Assembly: GCA_018715225.1 (NCBI GenBank)
Contig: DVMB01000044.1
Coordinates: forward strand, 1 to 45,545
Reading direction: 5' to 3'
DNA length: 45,545 bases
DNA from: Candidatus Onthoplasma faecigallinarum
GTDB lineage: Bacteria > Bacillota > Clostridia > Christensenellales > UBA1242
How positions within the stretch are numbered: position 1 is the first letter of the stretch; each line of letters opens with the position of its first letter. Below the pieces are notes generated by a model. It worked only from the letters and a program-made list of their open reading frames with translations. It was not told the origin of the DNA and did no database searches. Both the position numbers and the translations under genes were made by a program. Positions 1 through 7,836 of this stretch are shown piece by piece.

Positions 1-767
1 TTGTCCGTGTAATTCCCGATATTTGTAAATTGCAATGTATCAAAATTAAAATAGAAAACATTATACCAGCAATTAATAATAATCCCATTCTCAACGACAC
101 TTGATACAACTCTAGGATTAGATGACATGTATGAGTCGTAAGAACAGGCGAAAACATTATCGTTATAACATAATATAAACCCTGAAAATCCTGTATTATA
201 TAAGATTTTAGTATTGTCATCAACAGTTGCAACCTGTGGCTGAACTAACTGCTGTAAACGGTAATTGTCATCAATTTTTGTTACCTGTAATGTCTTTTCA
301 CTAAAAACATAAATGCCTGGAGCCCCATAATTGTACGTGAAAATGACGTTTGAACCATAATTTGTCTTTACTTTTAAATATAAATTATCGACATCATGTT
401 CTACCTTAATGGCTGTGTTATTACTAAAGTCCAAATAATAAAAATATTTTTTTGTATTATCTCGAATGAACAATAGCACATTCCCTGATTCTGTTTCTTG
501 GGTTGTCACACCTTTTGAAAAATCATCGTCAATGTTAAATGTGTTAACAATGCCCGCCATGCTATTGGTCAACTCCTGCTCCAAATTTTCTATCTTATCT
601 TTATCTGCTTGCGAATTTGCTATGGTATTACCAATCAAATCTGTACTACCATATGATACGTTTAATTTTCCTTGATCACTTGGAATAGTAGCCAACAACG
701 CTACCGCCCCTGCCGATAATGCTAAAGTTCCCAATGCTGTAAATATTATTGCTTTTGCTTTTCCCAT
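1..767 (-). CDS. hypothetical membrane-anchored protein (partial; C-terminus runs off the window)
   Basis: Missing from the ORF track because it is open to the window edge. ATG at 767 (minus) is preceded by AGGAGG (rc of 773-778). N-terminus MGKAKAIIFTALGTLALSAGAVALLATIP is a single hydrophobic segment. It starts 10 nt after the stop of the upstream gene. Confidence 0.6.
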   Translation of the reverse strand, partial: MGKAKAIIFTALGTLALSAGAVALLATIPSDQGKLNVSYGSTDLIGNTIANSQADKDKIENLEQELTNSMAGIVNTFNIDDDFSKGVTTQETESGNVLLFIRDNTKKYFYYLDFSNNTAIKVEHDVDNLYLKVKTNYGSNVIFTYNYGAPGIYVFSEKTLQVTKIDDNYRLQQLVQPQVATVDDNTKILYNTGFSGFILCYNDNVFACSYDSYMSSNPRVVSSVVENGIIINCWYNVFYFNFDTLQFTNIGNYTD

Positions 768-776
768 AATTTCCTC

Positions 777-2183
777 CTAATCTGTTATCACATATAAATT
801 TTGATTTCCATATATTTCAAATGTGTAGTTAGTATTATACATACTACCCATGCCATAACTTATTTTAAAATCTCCTGGATTAAAGATATAGCTTCCGTCT
901 TCATTCAAAGTTAAATAACAACTACCTTGAGAGTCGCCTGTATTTCCTTGAACGTTTGAAATTGTTATTTCAGTTCCAAAATTATTTGGATTTAATTCTA
1001 CCGCTTGGCTCTTTCCGTCAGAGCCTACAAAGGTACTATTCCAAATATTTATGTATATAGTAGATTTTGATAGGTCGACAACATAGCCGTTATTTTTAAA
1101 AAATTTTAATAAATTTGTATTAGTACTCGAACCTTCATCAACAATACTTATTGCTCGTGATATATATACTGATTCTAGTCGACCAAATAAGGCATAAAAT
1201 TCTATATCGGCTTCAATTTGCATTGTTGAAACATCTACTATGCTTTCTTTATCTAAAGACCAGCCTAAAAAGTTATAGCCTTCTCGTGTCGGTTCTTCAG
1301 GCTCGTTGGCATAATGACCTGATGATATAAATTTAGTGTCAACAACATCATTTTTAACCAGGAAATTGACTTCGAACGGATTGGCGTCGTATACAGCAGA
1401 TATTATTGTGTCCTGTTCCCCAAAACTGAAAATATTATTACTTATGCTTCCGTCTCCATTGATGATCTCCCAATTTAAAAACGGTTTATTGTCATAATCG
1501 TCAGGTGTAGCCAGTGTATAAGTTTCGCCCTTAACACCAGTTATAACAATATCCTGGGTATTGTTATTTAACTTTATGGTTAGACTTGAAGTACTTTCTT
1601 CAACTGTTCCTAAAACACCACCTATGTCGTATTTTGATTTCGCTAGTGTTATCGTAAAATTGTTTAAACTACAATATTTTTTAAAATAGGGCAATGCTTC
1701 TTTGTCCATGCTTACATTTAGCATGCTTGCTTCTGTGTACATGGCAAAATTAATAGATATTTCGGCTTCACAAATAATGGACTCATCTACATCATAGAAT
1801 GATTTTGTCATCGTTGCAGATATAGTCCCTGCTCTTTGTGATATATTTCCTATCAATTCTTCGTTGACATAAATGACATATTTGTTTTGATTGGCATTAA
1901 AATCTACACTGTCAAATTGATATGTATATGTTGCTTGTTCATCTTCTACGCCAAATGATACATCATTGATATTTTGTGAGAACAAGACATCTTCTTCTGT
2001 CAAATACTCTTTTAGTTCATAAGGTACGTAATCATAGACTTTAATATTTCCAAGCGTATAACTTTCTGGCTTAATATAATTAATATAATAAGCAAAGCAA
2101 AAGCCGAACGCTACGATGATAATTAAGCTAAAAATTACGATCCAAAGTGAAAACTGTTTATCACTATCATATCCTGCTCTCAT
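777..2183 (-). CDS. membrane-anchored protein with Listeria-Bacteroides-type (Flg_new-like) repeats
   Basis: 468-aa ORF with N-terminal TM (LWIVIFSLIIIVAFGFCFAYYI). Two GYxFxGW-type repeat signatures (KPFLNWEII and REGYNFLGWSLD...FYALF). Start overlaps the upstream stop by 4 nt (ATGA). Confidence 0.6.
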   Translation of the reverse strand: MRAGYDSDKQFSLWIVIFSLIIIVAFGFCFAYYINYIKPESYTLGNIKVYDYVPYELKEYLTEEDVLFSQNINDVSFGVEDEQATYTYQFDSVDFNANQNKYVIYVNEELIGNISQRAGTISATMTKSFYDVDESIICEAEISINFAMYTEASMLNVSMDKEALPYFKKYCSLNNFTITLAKSKYDIGGVLGTVEESTSSLTIKLNNNTQDIVITGVKGETYTLATPDDYDNKPFLNWEIINGDGSISNNIFSFGEQDTIISAVYDANPFEVNFLVKNDVVDTKFISSGHYANEPEEPTREGYNFLGWSLDKESIVDVSTMQIEADIEFYALFGRLESVYISRAISIVDEGSSTNTNLLKFFKNNGYVVDLSKSTIYINIWNSTFVGSDGKSQAVELNPNNFGTEITISNVQGNTGDSQGSCYLTLNEDGSYIFNPGDFKISYGMGSMYNTNYTFEIYGNQNLYVITD

Positions 2184-3382
2184 GCTAACCCTCCTGTCAA
2201 TGTTGGTATTGTATCTCTAACATTTAAAATTTTGAAATCTTGCTGTTCTGTCGATGTAATTATAAAGCTTTCAAACGGTCCAACAAAATAAGTCATATCG
2301 ATACCCACTACATCATAATTTAAGTTGTCTAAATTGATATAGACAGAAACATTTTTGTTTAAAAATTCGTACATCAGTGCAGAATCGATTGTCAAATAAT
2401 AACCGTCATAATACGAACTCTCTAATCTGGATAACATACTTTCAGTAATAATATAACTGTTATCGTCTGTCCAGTAGTCTTCAGCATTTGTGCCGTCATC
2501 ATATGCCCAGGTTGTCGAATTTGCTATTTGGTGGAACATGCTATCACTGGCTTTAGTCGCTCCGTCTTTGTGATATGTTATCTTTATCTGCATATAATTT
2601 TTTAAGTCTGTTACATCTGGCAATTCGACATACTGACGCCCGTTATACTCGAGCAAATAATAGTAATCTGCACAGTCTAGATAGTTGATGTAATACACTG
2701 AATTATTTTCTCTGGCACTATCTCTTAATGCTGATTGGATAATGTAGTCAGCCATTGAGTACCAACTATATTTGCTGGTTATTGTTTCATATTTAGGGTT
2801 ACCAAATATCAAATTGACAGTGCTCCAGACGTCAGTTTTTAGATATGTTGTTGAATGTTCTTTTAGATTGATACTGTAATATGTGTCTTCGATGTTGATA
2901 TATAGTGTATCATTGACTTTGTCTAATTCTAATGCATATGAGCTTTCGCCTAAATCGTCTGTATTGTACAGGTATGATTCGCCTATGAAGACAGTGTTGT
3001 TCATGACACTATATCTGGCAATGCCTGTAACATCAGTTGTGGTTTTATAGTCAATCCCACGTTCTCGAACTTCATAATCACCTATAATTTGAATGCCAAA
3101 GCCCTTTATACCATTGCCTTCACTGTCTGTATACGAGTTCCATTGCACTTCGTATAGTTTTTCGCCATTGTTATTATCATTGCTCCATATCTCAACCTCG
3201 CATATTGGAATCTCTCCAGTTGAAGCATTAATTGTGGTCGCATAGCTGACCCCCAATGTCTCTGGTCTTCTAGTTGTGATCATGATGTATGACAAACACC
3301 CTATGATAAGCAGTGAAAGTATTGACAATCCTAGCATTACCCAGAATGTTATTTTTTGTGATTTGTTTAAATATTCTAACAT
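2180..3382 (-). CDS. hypothetical protein with N-terminal transmembrane anchor
   Basis: 400-aa ORF with TM FWVMLGLSILSLLIIGCLSYIMI. AGGAGG lies 8 nt upstream (rc of 3391-3396). No family recognised. Confidence 0.6.
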   Translation of the reverse strand: MLEYLNKSQKITFWVMLGLSILSLLIIGCLSYIMITTRRPETLGVSYATTINASTGEIPICEVEIWSNDNNNGEKLYEVQWNSYTDSEGNGIKGFGIQIIGDYEVRERGIDYKTTTDVTGIARYSVMNNTVFIGESYLYNTDDLGESSYALELDKVNDTLYINIEDTYYSINLKEHSTTYLKTDVWSTVNLIFGNPKYETITSKYSWYSMADYIIQSALRDSARENNSVYYINYLDCADYYYLLEYNGRQYVELPDVTDLKNYMQIKITYHKDGATKASDSMFHQIANSTTWAYDDGTNAEDYWTDDNSYIITESMLSRLESSYYDGYYLTIDSALMYEFLNKNVSVYINLDNLNYDVVGIDMTYFVGPFESFIITSTEQQDFKILNVRDTIPTLTGGLA

Positions 3383-3386
3383 TTGC

Positions 3387-3563
3387 TTATCCTCCTATCC
3401 CGAAAAAATTTAAAAATTTGCCCACCGTTTTCATTGCATTTCCTGTCCAAATTGAAAACGAGCCTAAACTATCTAACAGCCATGTACCCGAGCAAATTGT
3501 CACAATTACAATAACTAATAATATTATGGTAATAGCTAAAGATAATTTTTTAAAAAATCCCAT
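3387..3563 (-). CDS. small membrane protein (58 aa)
   Basis: Below the ORF-track cutoff. Translation is MGFFKKLSLAITIILLVIVIVTICSGTWLLDSLGSFSIWTGNAMKTVGKFLNFFGIGG. AGGAGGG lies upstream of the ATG and the ORF fills the gap between two operon genes. Confidence 0.5.
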   Translation of the reverse strand: MGFFKKLSLAITIILLVIVIVTICSGTWLLDSLGSFSIWTGNAMKTVGKFLNFFGIGG

Positions 3564-3580
3564 ACTTCCCTCCTTTTAAC

Positions 3581-4594
3581 TCAACATGAATTTACCCCTA
3601 ATTCTTTTTTATACTTCAGGAACCGTTGCTCTCGCTCGATTCTTTGTTGAGTCTTGAAAACGATATTTGACAACAACTTTGACTCTGGGGTATAAACGTT
3701 CCAGGGGAATCCCTTTCGTACCAACTCATCTGTCTTTTTCCAGGATGTTTTTTTACCTGCCTGCATAATGGCACCCATAATATATGGCGACCTGGTTTTG
3801 ATGTCCACTTTAGTCGTTACTTGAGCGACTATCGATTGGAACTCGCTGTCGGTAATGTTGAGATAAATGTCATTAAGAAGTGATTTGGTGTACTTTTTGC
3901 CGTCAAATATAAACCCACGTTCAGTCTCTGCTTCGTTATAGGCTTCAATCATATTATCGACGACTTCCAAAGCGGAGTTATAAAAATTGCCACTGTCATA
4001 GTAATCAAAATATTCCTTGAACAGCGTATTCGTATAATCTCTTCTATCATTGCCAGAGAACTCACGCACACGTGTAGGTGTACCTGCTCGTTGATAGGTT
4101 CTAAATTTGTTAGTGTTATCATCTTCAAAAGCAGTCTCACGTGCGTGCGTATTTTTATTAATATTAATATTTTTATATTTATAACTAACTAGAACTAGAT
4201 TAATTAAGTTAACTAGTATATTAAGTATAGGGTTGTTGTCTGTGTTATTTTGGACAGATTTGTCTTGATTTTTGACAAATTTGTCAAAAACTGACGCTAA
4301 AATATCCTGATTAGCGTAATCTTCATTTTTTAAATCATCTTTATTGACAACAAAGATTGCTTTTTTGATATTTTTAAAATTTATCAAAGCGATCAAGTTT
4401 GCATTGATAAGTTCCTTTTTATATCTCTCCAAAGTTCGATTGGATACGTTATTTAATTGACTTGAAAAATACATGTCGTCTTTTTGGCATACTCCGTCTT
4501 CAGCGGACTGCAAAATAAGACCGTACATCATCTTTGCACTGTCGCTAATATTTAATTTAGATACATGATCTGGTATGAACAAAAACCCCTCCAC
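3581..4594 (-). CDS. replication initiator-like protein (RepA_N-type N-terminus, DnaD/DnaB_2-like C-terminal region)
   Basis: N-terminus FLFIPDHVSKLNISDSAKMMYGLIL...SNRTLERYKKELINANLI fits the RepA_N pattern (F..IP..L...LS..AK.LY..L ... KEL...LI). C-terminal SPYIMGAIMQAGKK resembles a DnaD-type YI..IL motif. GTG start sits directly after the upstream TAG. The central part is AT-rich and repeat-rich. Confidence 0.55.
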   Translation of the reverse strand: MEGFLFIPDHVSKLNISDSAKMMYGLILQSAEDGVCQKDDMYFSSQLNNVSNRTLERYKKELINANLIALINFKNIKKAIFVVNKDDLKNEDYANQDILASVFDKFVKNQDKSVQNNTDNNPILNILVNLINLVLVSYKYKNININKNTHARETAFEDDNTNKFRTYQRAGTPTRVREFSGNDRRDYTNTLFKEYFDYYDSGNFYNSALEVVDNMIEAYNEAETERGFIFDGKKYTKSLLNDIYLNITDSEFQSIVAQVTTKVDIKTRSPYIMGAIMQAGKKTSWKKTDELVRKGFPWNVYTPESKLLSNIVFKTQQRIEREQRFLKYKKELGVNSC

Positions 4595-4915
4595 CTAATT
4601 TGCTTTTTGTAATTTTTTATAAACATTTGGAGTAACCCAATGTTGAGGCTGATATTTTATCAATGGGAAAAATCCTATTCGTTTGGCTCGAAGAGTCTTC
4701 ATTCTACGGCGAAAAATTATTTCATCATCAAAAAACTCATGTGCCTCACTTGAATTGATTTGGTACTTAAATTCAAATCCCTTTTTCTCAATGTCTTTAA
4801 ATGCTTGCCAAAAGTTAGCTAAACGACATTGATAAGCCTCATCATTTCGAGTCTCTCGAGTACCAATATCAAACTCTAATTTTTCATCGACATTGTAATT
4901 TAATATGTATTTCAT
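4595..4915 (-). CDS. hypothetical protein (106 aa), first gene of the leftward operon
   Basis: Start trimmed to MKYILNYNV at 4915, which has a GGGGGA Shine-Dalgarno. The longer track ORF (to 4960) would run into the structured leader. Confidence 0.55.
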   Translation of the reverse strand: MKYILNYNVDEKLEFDIGTRETRNDEAYQCRLANFWQAFKDIEKKGFEFKYQINSSEAHEFFDDEIIFRRRMKTLRAKRIGFFPLIKYQPQHWVTPNVYKKLQKAN

Positions 4916-4941
4916 CGTTCCCCCTTTTCCCCTTTTAAAAT

Positions 4942-4983
4942 ATGACCCTAGGATTTGCACCCAATTAGACTAAACTCGGTCAT
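4942..4983 (-). ncRNA. candidate tRNA-like minihelix, module A (outer stem + T-arm-like hairpin)
   Basis: Minus strand reads atgacc-gagtttagtctaa-ttggg-tgcaaat-cctag-ggtcat. It has a 6-bp outer stem and a 5-bp inner stem (3 WC + 2 GU) with a 7-nt loop TGCAAAT (canonical T-loop is TTCAAAT). It contains the 22-nt direct repeat 4951..4972. Confidence 0.4.
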
Positions 4984-5062
4984 CATAGAGTGGGCAGAAA
5001 TAGCCCACTTTACCTGTGCACAGGGGTCATGCACAAAAAAGCATTTAGGTGTTTTAACCATT

Positions 5063-5105
5063 GTAGGCATTGGGATTTGCACCCAATTAGACTATCTCTG
5101 CCTAC
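5063..5105 (-). ncRNA. candidate tRNA-like minihelix, module B (acceptor-like stem + T-arm-like hairpin)
   Basis: Minus strand reads gtaggca-gagatagtctaa-ttggg-tgcaaat-cccaa-tgcctac. It has a perfect 7-bp outer stem and a perfect 5-bp inner stem with the 7-nt loop TGCAAAT. The outer stem sequence differs from module A but stays complementary. It contains the 22-nt direct repeat 5073..5094. Confidence 0.45.
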
Positions 5106-5200
5106 ATAAACCAGCAAACGCTGGCGGACTGACAGTCTAAAACGTACGGTCAATCCTTTTTAAAAGTTAACCTTTTTGTTTGTCGAACAGAAGGTTATGT

Positions 5201-5220
5201 AATTCATTTTTAAATGAATT
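5201..5220. promoter_or_regulatory. candidate operator palindrome
   Basis: aattcattt-tt-aaatgaatt has 9-bp perfect inverted arms. It lies immediately downstream of the predicted leftward -10, at or near the TSS, in the divergent control region next to the XRE gene. Confidence 0.45.
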
Positions 5221-5226
5221 ATCATA

Positions 5227-5256
5227 ATTTTAATCTCAAAATGGGAATAAAGTCAA
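5227..5256 (-). promoter_or_regulatory. candidate sigma-A promoter of the leftward operon
   Basis: Minus strand has TTGACT, an 18-nt spacer, then TAAAAT. It would give a ~300-nt leader before the ATG at 4915. Confidence 0.45.
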
Positions 5257-5324
5257 CCGTTTTAACCCCTTTTTGATAAATTTATTAAAAAAATATTCAT
5301 TTTTGGGGAAAATTTTAAATAATG

Positions 5325-5333
5325 TGGTATCAT
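5325..5333 (+). promoter_or_regulatory. candidate extended -10 promoter of the XRE gene
   Basis: TGgTATCAT (TGn + TATCAT) lies ~28 nt upstream of the ATG at 5361. The -35 is poor. Confidence 0.35.
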
Positions 5334-5360
5334 ATCGTTGTCGAACAGGAGGTTTTTTAT

Positions 5361-5672
5361 ATGAAAATTAAAGAATTAAGAACAAAAATGAAATTGTCTC
5401 AAAATGAAATTGCTAAAAAATTAGAGATACCACAAACAACATTTTATAATTATGAAACTGAACGAAATGATCCAAGTATCAAAACATTAATTAAAATGGC
5501 AGATTTTTTTAATGTAAGTATTGATGAGCTCGTAGGTCGAGATACTGATATGTTAAATTTAAAATTTTTAGATGATGACCAAAGCTTGATAATCAAATCT
5601 GTGCTTCGCATGAACAAAGAACAACTCACTTATACTAAAAAATTCGTTCAATCAATGATGACTGACATGTAG
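5361..5672 (+). CDS. XRE-family helix-turn-helix transcriptional regulator (cI-like repressor candidate)
   Basis: MKIKELRTKMKLSQNEIAKKLEIPQTTFYNYETERNDPSIKTLIKMADFFNVSIDELVG is a classic HTH_3/XRE signature. AGGAGG lies 7 nt upstream. The start was trimmed from the track ORF (5322). Confidence 0.85.
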   Translation: MKIKELRTKMKLSQNEIAKKLEIPQTTFYNYETERNDPSIKTLIKMADFFNVSIDELVGRDTDMLNLKFLDDDQSLIIKSVLRMNKEQLTYTKKFVQSMMTDM

Positions 5673-5938
5673 GCGGTGTCGATGAGCGTAATTAATGAAG
5701 TCTTAAGGATAATTGACAACCAATTAGAAAATGAAAAAAAACACACTATGTCATCAACTCGATCATCGAGCAGTTGACAAAGTGTGATGTAGATATCAAA
5801 TCGAATATAGCGTCTTTGTTAGGCAAAAGATGTCGTTTTGAGATGATGAGAAGACCAGACAAGGATAAAGATGTCATAATCGTTCAAGAAATAAATGAAA
5901 AGGAAGTTCCTCAAATGTTATTACAGGAGGAACTAGAA

Positions 5939-6997
5939 ATGAAATATCAAGGAATCACAATTCATAAAAATAAAACTTGCGACACATGGTACACCCGTTA
6001 CCGTGTCGGCGGAAAACAATATTATATCTCTGCAAGGACTCAAAAAGAGTGCCTGGAAAAATTAAAAAAAGCACTATATAATAAAAAACGTGATTATTTT
6101 ATGTCTCAAAAAGAAGAGACGCACAACAAATCGATAACGCTTTTAGATTGGTATCAAAAATGGCTAGAACTTTATAAAATTGGGAAAGTTAAAGAAACCA
6201 CGATAAAAGATTATGAAAAAACTCTAAAATTAATTCACGCCAACATCTTGAATAAAAGGGTTAGAGATATTAAAATAATTGAAGTGTTAGAAAATTTAAA
6301 CAATATTAAAGCGGAACGGCAAAGACAAAAAGCTTATGAATTTTTATACATGATATTTGAAAAAGCTAGAATCAATGATTATGTAGAAAAAAATATTATG
6401 GCAAATATTGATAAGCCAAAGCATAAGAAAAAGAATAGTCAACCGCTAACTAAAGAAGTGGAGCAAAGATTGATAGAAGCTTGCGACAAAGTGTTACATG
6501 GCGACTATTTGTTAGTATGCTTATATCAAGGATTGAGAAAAGGCGAATGTCTAGCAATTACAACAGACGATGTTAATTTTGAAAACAATACTATATCTAT
6601 CAATAAAAGTATCAATGACAGAAATCAATTTGACACTACTAAAAATGAGCAGAGTAATAGAATTATACCTATGTTCGATAGGACAAAACAAATTCTATTA
6701 AGATATAAAGATAAGCAAGGAAGAATCTTTAATTTTGGAAGCAAAATATTACAAAAAGCATTGAGAGAGATAAATACTCGAATTGCCTATCATTTAAAAA
6801 TTAAAGATTTGCGTAGTACCTTTATAACCAGGTGTCAAGAAATGAACATACCAGAGTTTATCATTCAATCATGGGTAGGACATACGATTGGTAGCAAAGT
6901 TACAAAATCTGTTTACACCAAATATAACGCACAAGACAACACTAAATATATAAATATATTTAACAATACAGAATTCTACTCAAATTCTACTCACTAA
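5939..6997 (+). CDS. tyrosine recombinase / phage-type integrase
   Basis: Has an N-terminal SAM-like region (WYQKWLELYK) and a catalytic-domain pattern (GLRKGECLAIT, HTIG, final Y in SVYTKY). It sits 73 nt from the 3' end of tRNA-Glu. ATG at 5939 follows AGGAGG; the track ORF started at an upstream TTG. Confidence 0.85.
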   Translation: MKYQGITIHKNKTCDTWYTRYRVGGKQYYISARTQKECLEKLKKALYNKKRDYFMSQKEETHNKSITLLDWYQKWLELYKIGKVKETTIKDYEKTLKLIHANILNKRVRDIKIIEVLENLNNIKAERQRQKAYEFLYMIFEKARINDYVEKNIMANIDKPKHKKKNSQPLTKEVEQRLIEACDKVLHGDYLLVCLYQGLRKGECLAITTDDVNFENNTISINKSINDRNQFDTTKNEQSNRIIPMFDRTKQILLRYKDKQGRIFNFGSKILQKALREINTRIAYHLKIKDLRSTFITRCQEMNIPEFIIQSWVGHTIGSKVTKSVYTKYNAQDNTKYINIFNNTEFYSNSTH

Positions 6998-7070
6998 AAA
7001 AAATGACCTGCCTCTCATCACTACATGTAGACAAGTCATTCAAGATAAAAACACTATATATAGTATTTTT

Positions 7071-7145
7071 TGGTAGTCCCAAGGGGAATCGAACCCCTGA
7101 TACCACCGTGAAAGGGTGGTGTCTTAACCGCTTGACCATGGGACC
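7071..7145 (-). tRNA. tRNA-Glu (anticodon UUC)
   Basis: rc reads GGTCCCATGGTCAAGCGGTTAAGACACCACCCTTTCACGGTGGTATCAGGGGTTCGATTCCCCTTGGGACTACCA. It folds as a cloverleaf, the anticodon loop CTTTCAC is colinear with E. coli tRNA-Glu, and CCA is encoded. Confidence 0.9.
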
Positions 7146-7211
7146 AGAAGAGAAGTTTGTTTTATTATTTTACTCTTTTAGGAAGGAAGAAGCTAAGTAA
7201 AATAATAAAAC

Positions 7212-7287
7212 TGGTGGCGGTGGGTAGAATCGAACTACCGATCTATCGGGTATGAACCGATTGCTTTAACCGCTGAGCCACACCGCC
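7212..7287 (-). tRNA. tRNA with CAU anticodon (elongator Met or lysidine-modified Ile2)
   Basis: rc reads GGCGGTGTGGCTCAGCGGTTAAAGCAATCGGTTCATACCCGATAGATCGGTAGTTCGATTCTACCCACCGCCACCA. G1-C72 and the lack of a GGG/CCC anticodon stem argue against an initiator. Confidence 0.85.
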
Positions 7288-7299
7288 ATAAACAAGTTT

Positions 7300-7328
7300 A
7301 GTATACTGAAATTGCAGTTGATTGTCAA
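7300..7328 (-). promoter_or_regulatory. candidate sigma-A promoter for the tRNA-Met/tRNA-Glu unit
   Basis: Minus strand has TTGACA, a 17-nt spacer, then TATACT, ending ~13 nt before the tRNA-Met 5' end. Confidence 0.55.
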
Positions 7329-7360
7329 GGTTTTTTCTACATTTTTTTATAATTTGTTTA

Positions 7361-7834
7361 TTATTCGTTTTTCTTACTTTGAATAGTTCTTTGTTCTAGG
7401 GTTAGTAGGGCACTCTTCATCTCTAGTCCACCGGCGTATCCAACGAGTTTTTTGTCCGTCCCAATCACTCTATGGCAGGGGACAACTATCCATAATGGGT
7501 TGCTGTGGCAAGCCGACCCTACCGCACGATATGCTTTTGGGCTTCCTACTTTGGCCGCCAATTCTTTGTATGTAGTGGTCTCGCCATATTTTACTTGCAT
7601 TAGGGCGGTGTAGACTTTTTGTTGGAAAGGTGTACCCTGTATTTGAATTGGAAGAGAAAAGGCCTGTCTCTTGCCCGAAAAATATTCTTTCAATTTAGAA
7701 AAGGCAGTGTCGGTGGTCTTTGTATGCGTGTTCACAGAGTCGATTTCATTGGTCAATTTGATTGAAAAAATAAGGTCATGAAAATGACCTATCCTTATAT
7801 AACCAGACTTATATTTATAGTAAGCATATTGCAT
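7361..7834 (-). CDS. ogt: methylated-DNA--protein-cysteine methyltransferase
   Basis: Active-site PCHRV motif (VVPCHRVIG) and the DNA-binding region TPFQQKVYTALMQVKYGETTTYKELA. The start was trimmed to MQYAYY because the first 10 track codons overlap tRNA-Gly. Confidence 0.85.
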   Translation of the reverse strand: MQYAYYKYKSGYIRIGHFHDLIFSIKLTNEIDSVNTHTKTTDTAFSKLKEYFSGKRQAFSLPIQIQGTPFQQKVYTALMQVKYGETTTYKELAAKVGSPKAYRAVGSACHSNPLWIVVPCHRVIGTDKKLVGYAGGLEMKSALLTLEQRTIQSKKNE

Positions 7835-7836
7835 AT

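Larger units (their letters stand above)
1..7070. mobile_element. integrated plasmid-like / integrative mobilisable element at tRNA-Glu (left end outside the window)
   Basis: The integrase abuts the tRNA 3' end. An XRE repressor and a divergent operon start with a RepA_N-type initiator. No phage structural or conjugation genes are visible. Cargo is four membrane-anchored proteins. Confidence 0.6.

Noticed and set aside
4955-5140. 61-aa plus-strand ORF in the mobile element control region
   Set aside because: It has no RBS, lies in the GC-richer structured non-coding block, and is better explained by the hairpins and tRNA-like modules on the opposite strand.
7003-7200. 65-aa plus-strand ORF
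   Set aside because: It is antisense to and fully overlaps tRNA-Glu, so it is an artefact.
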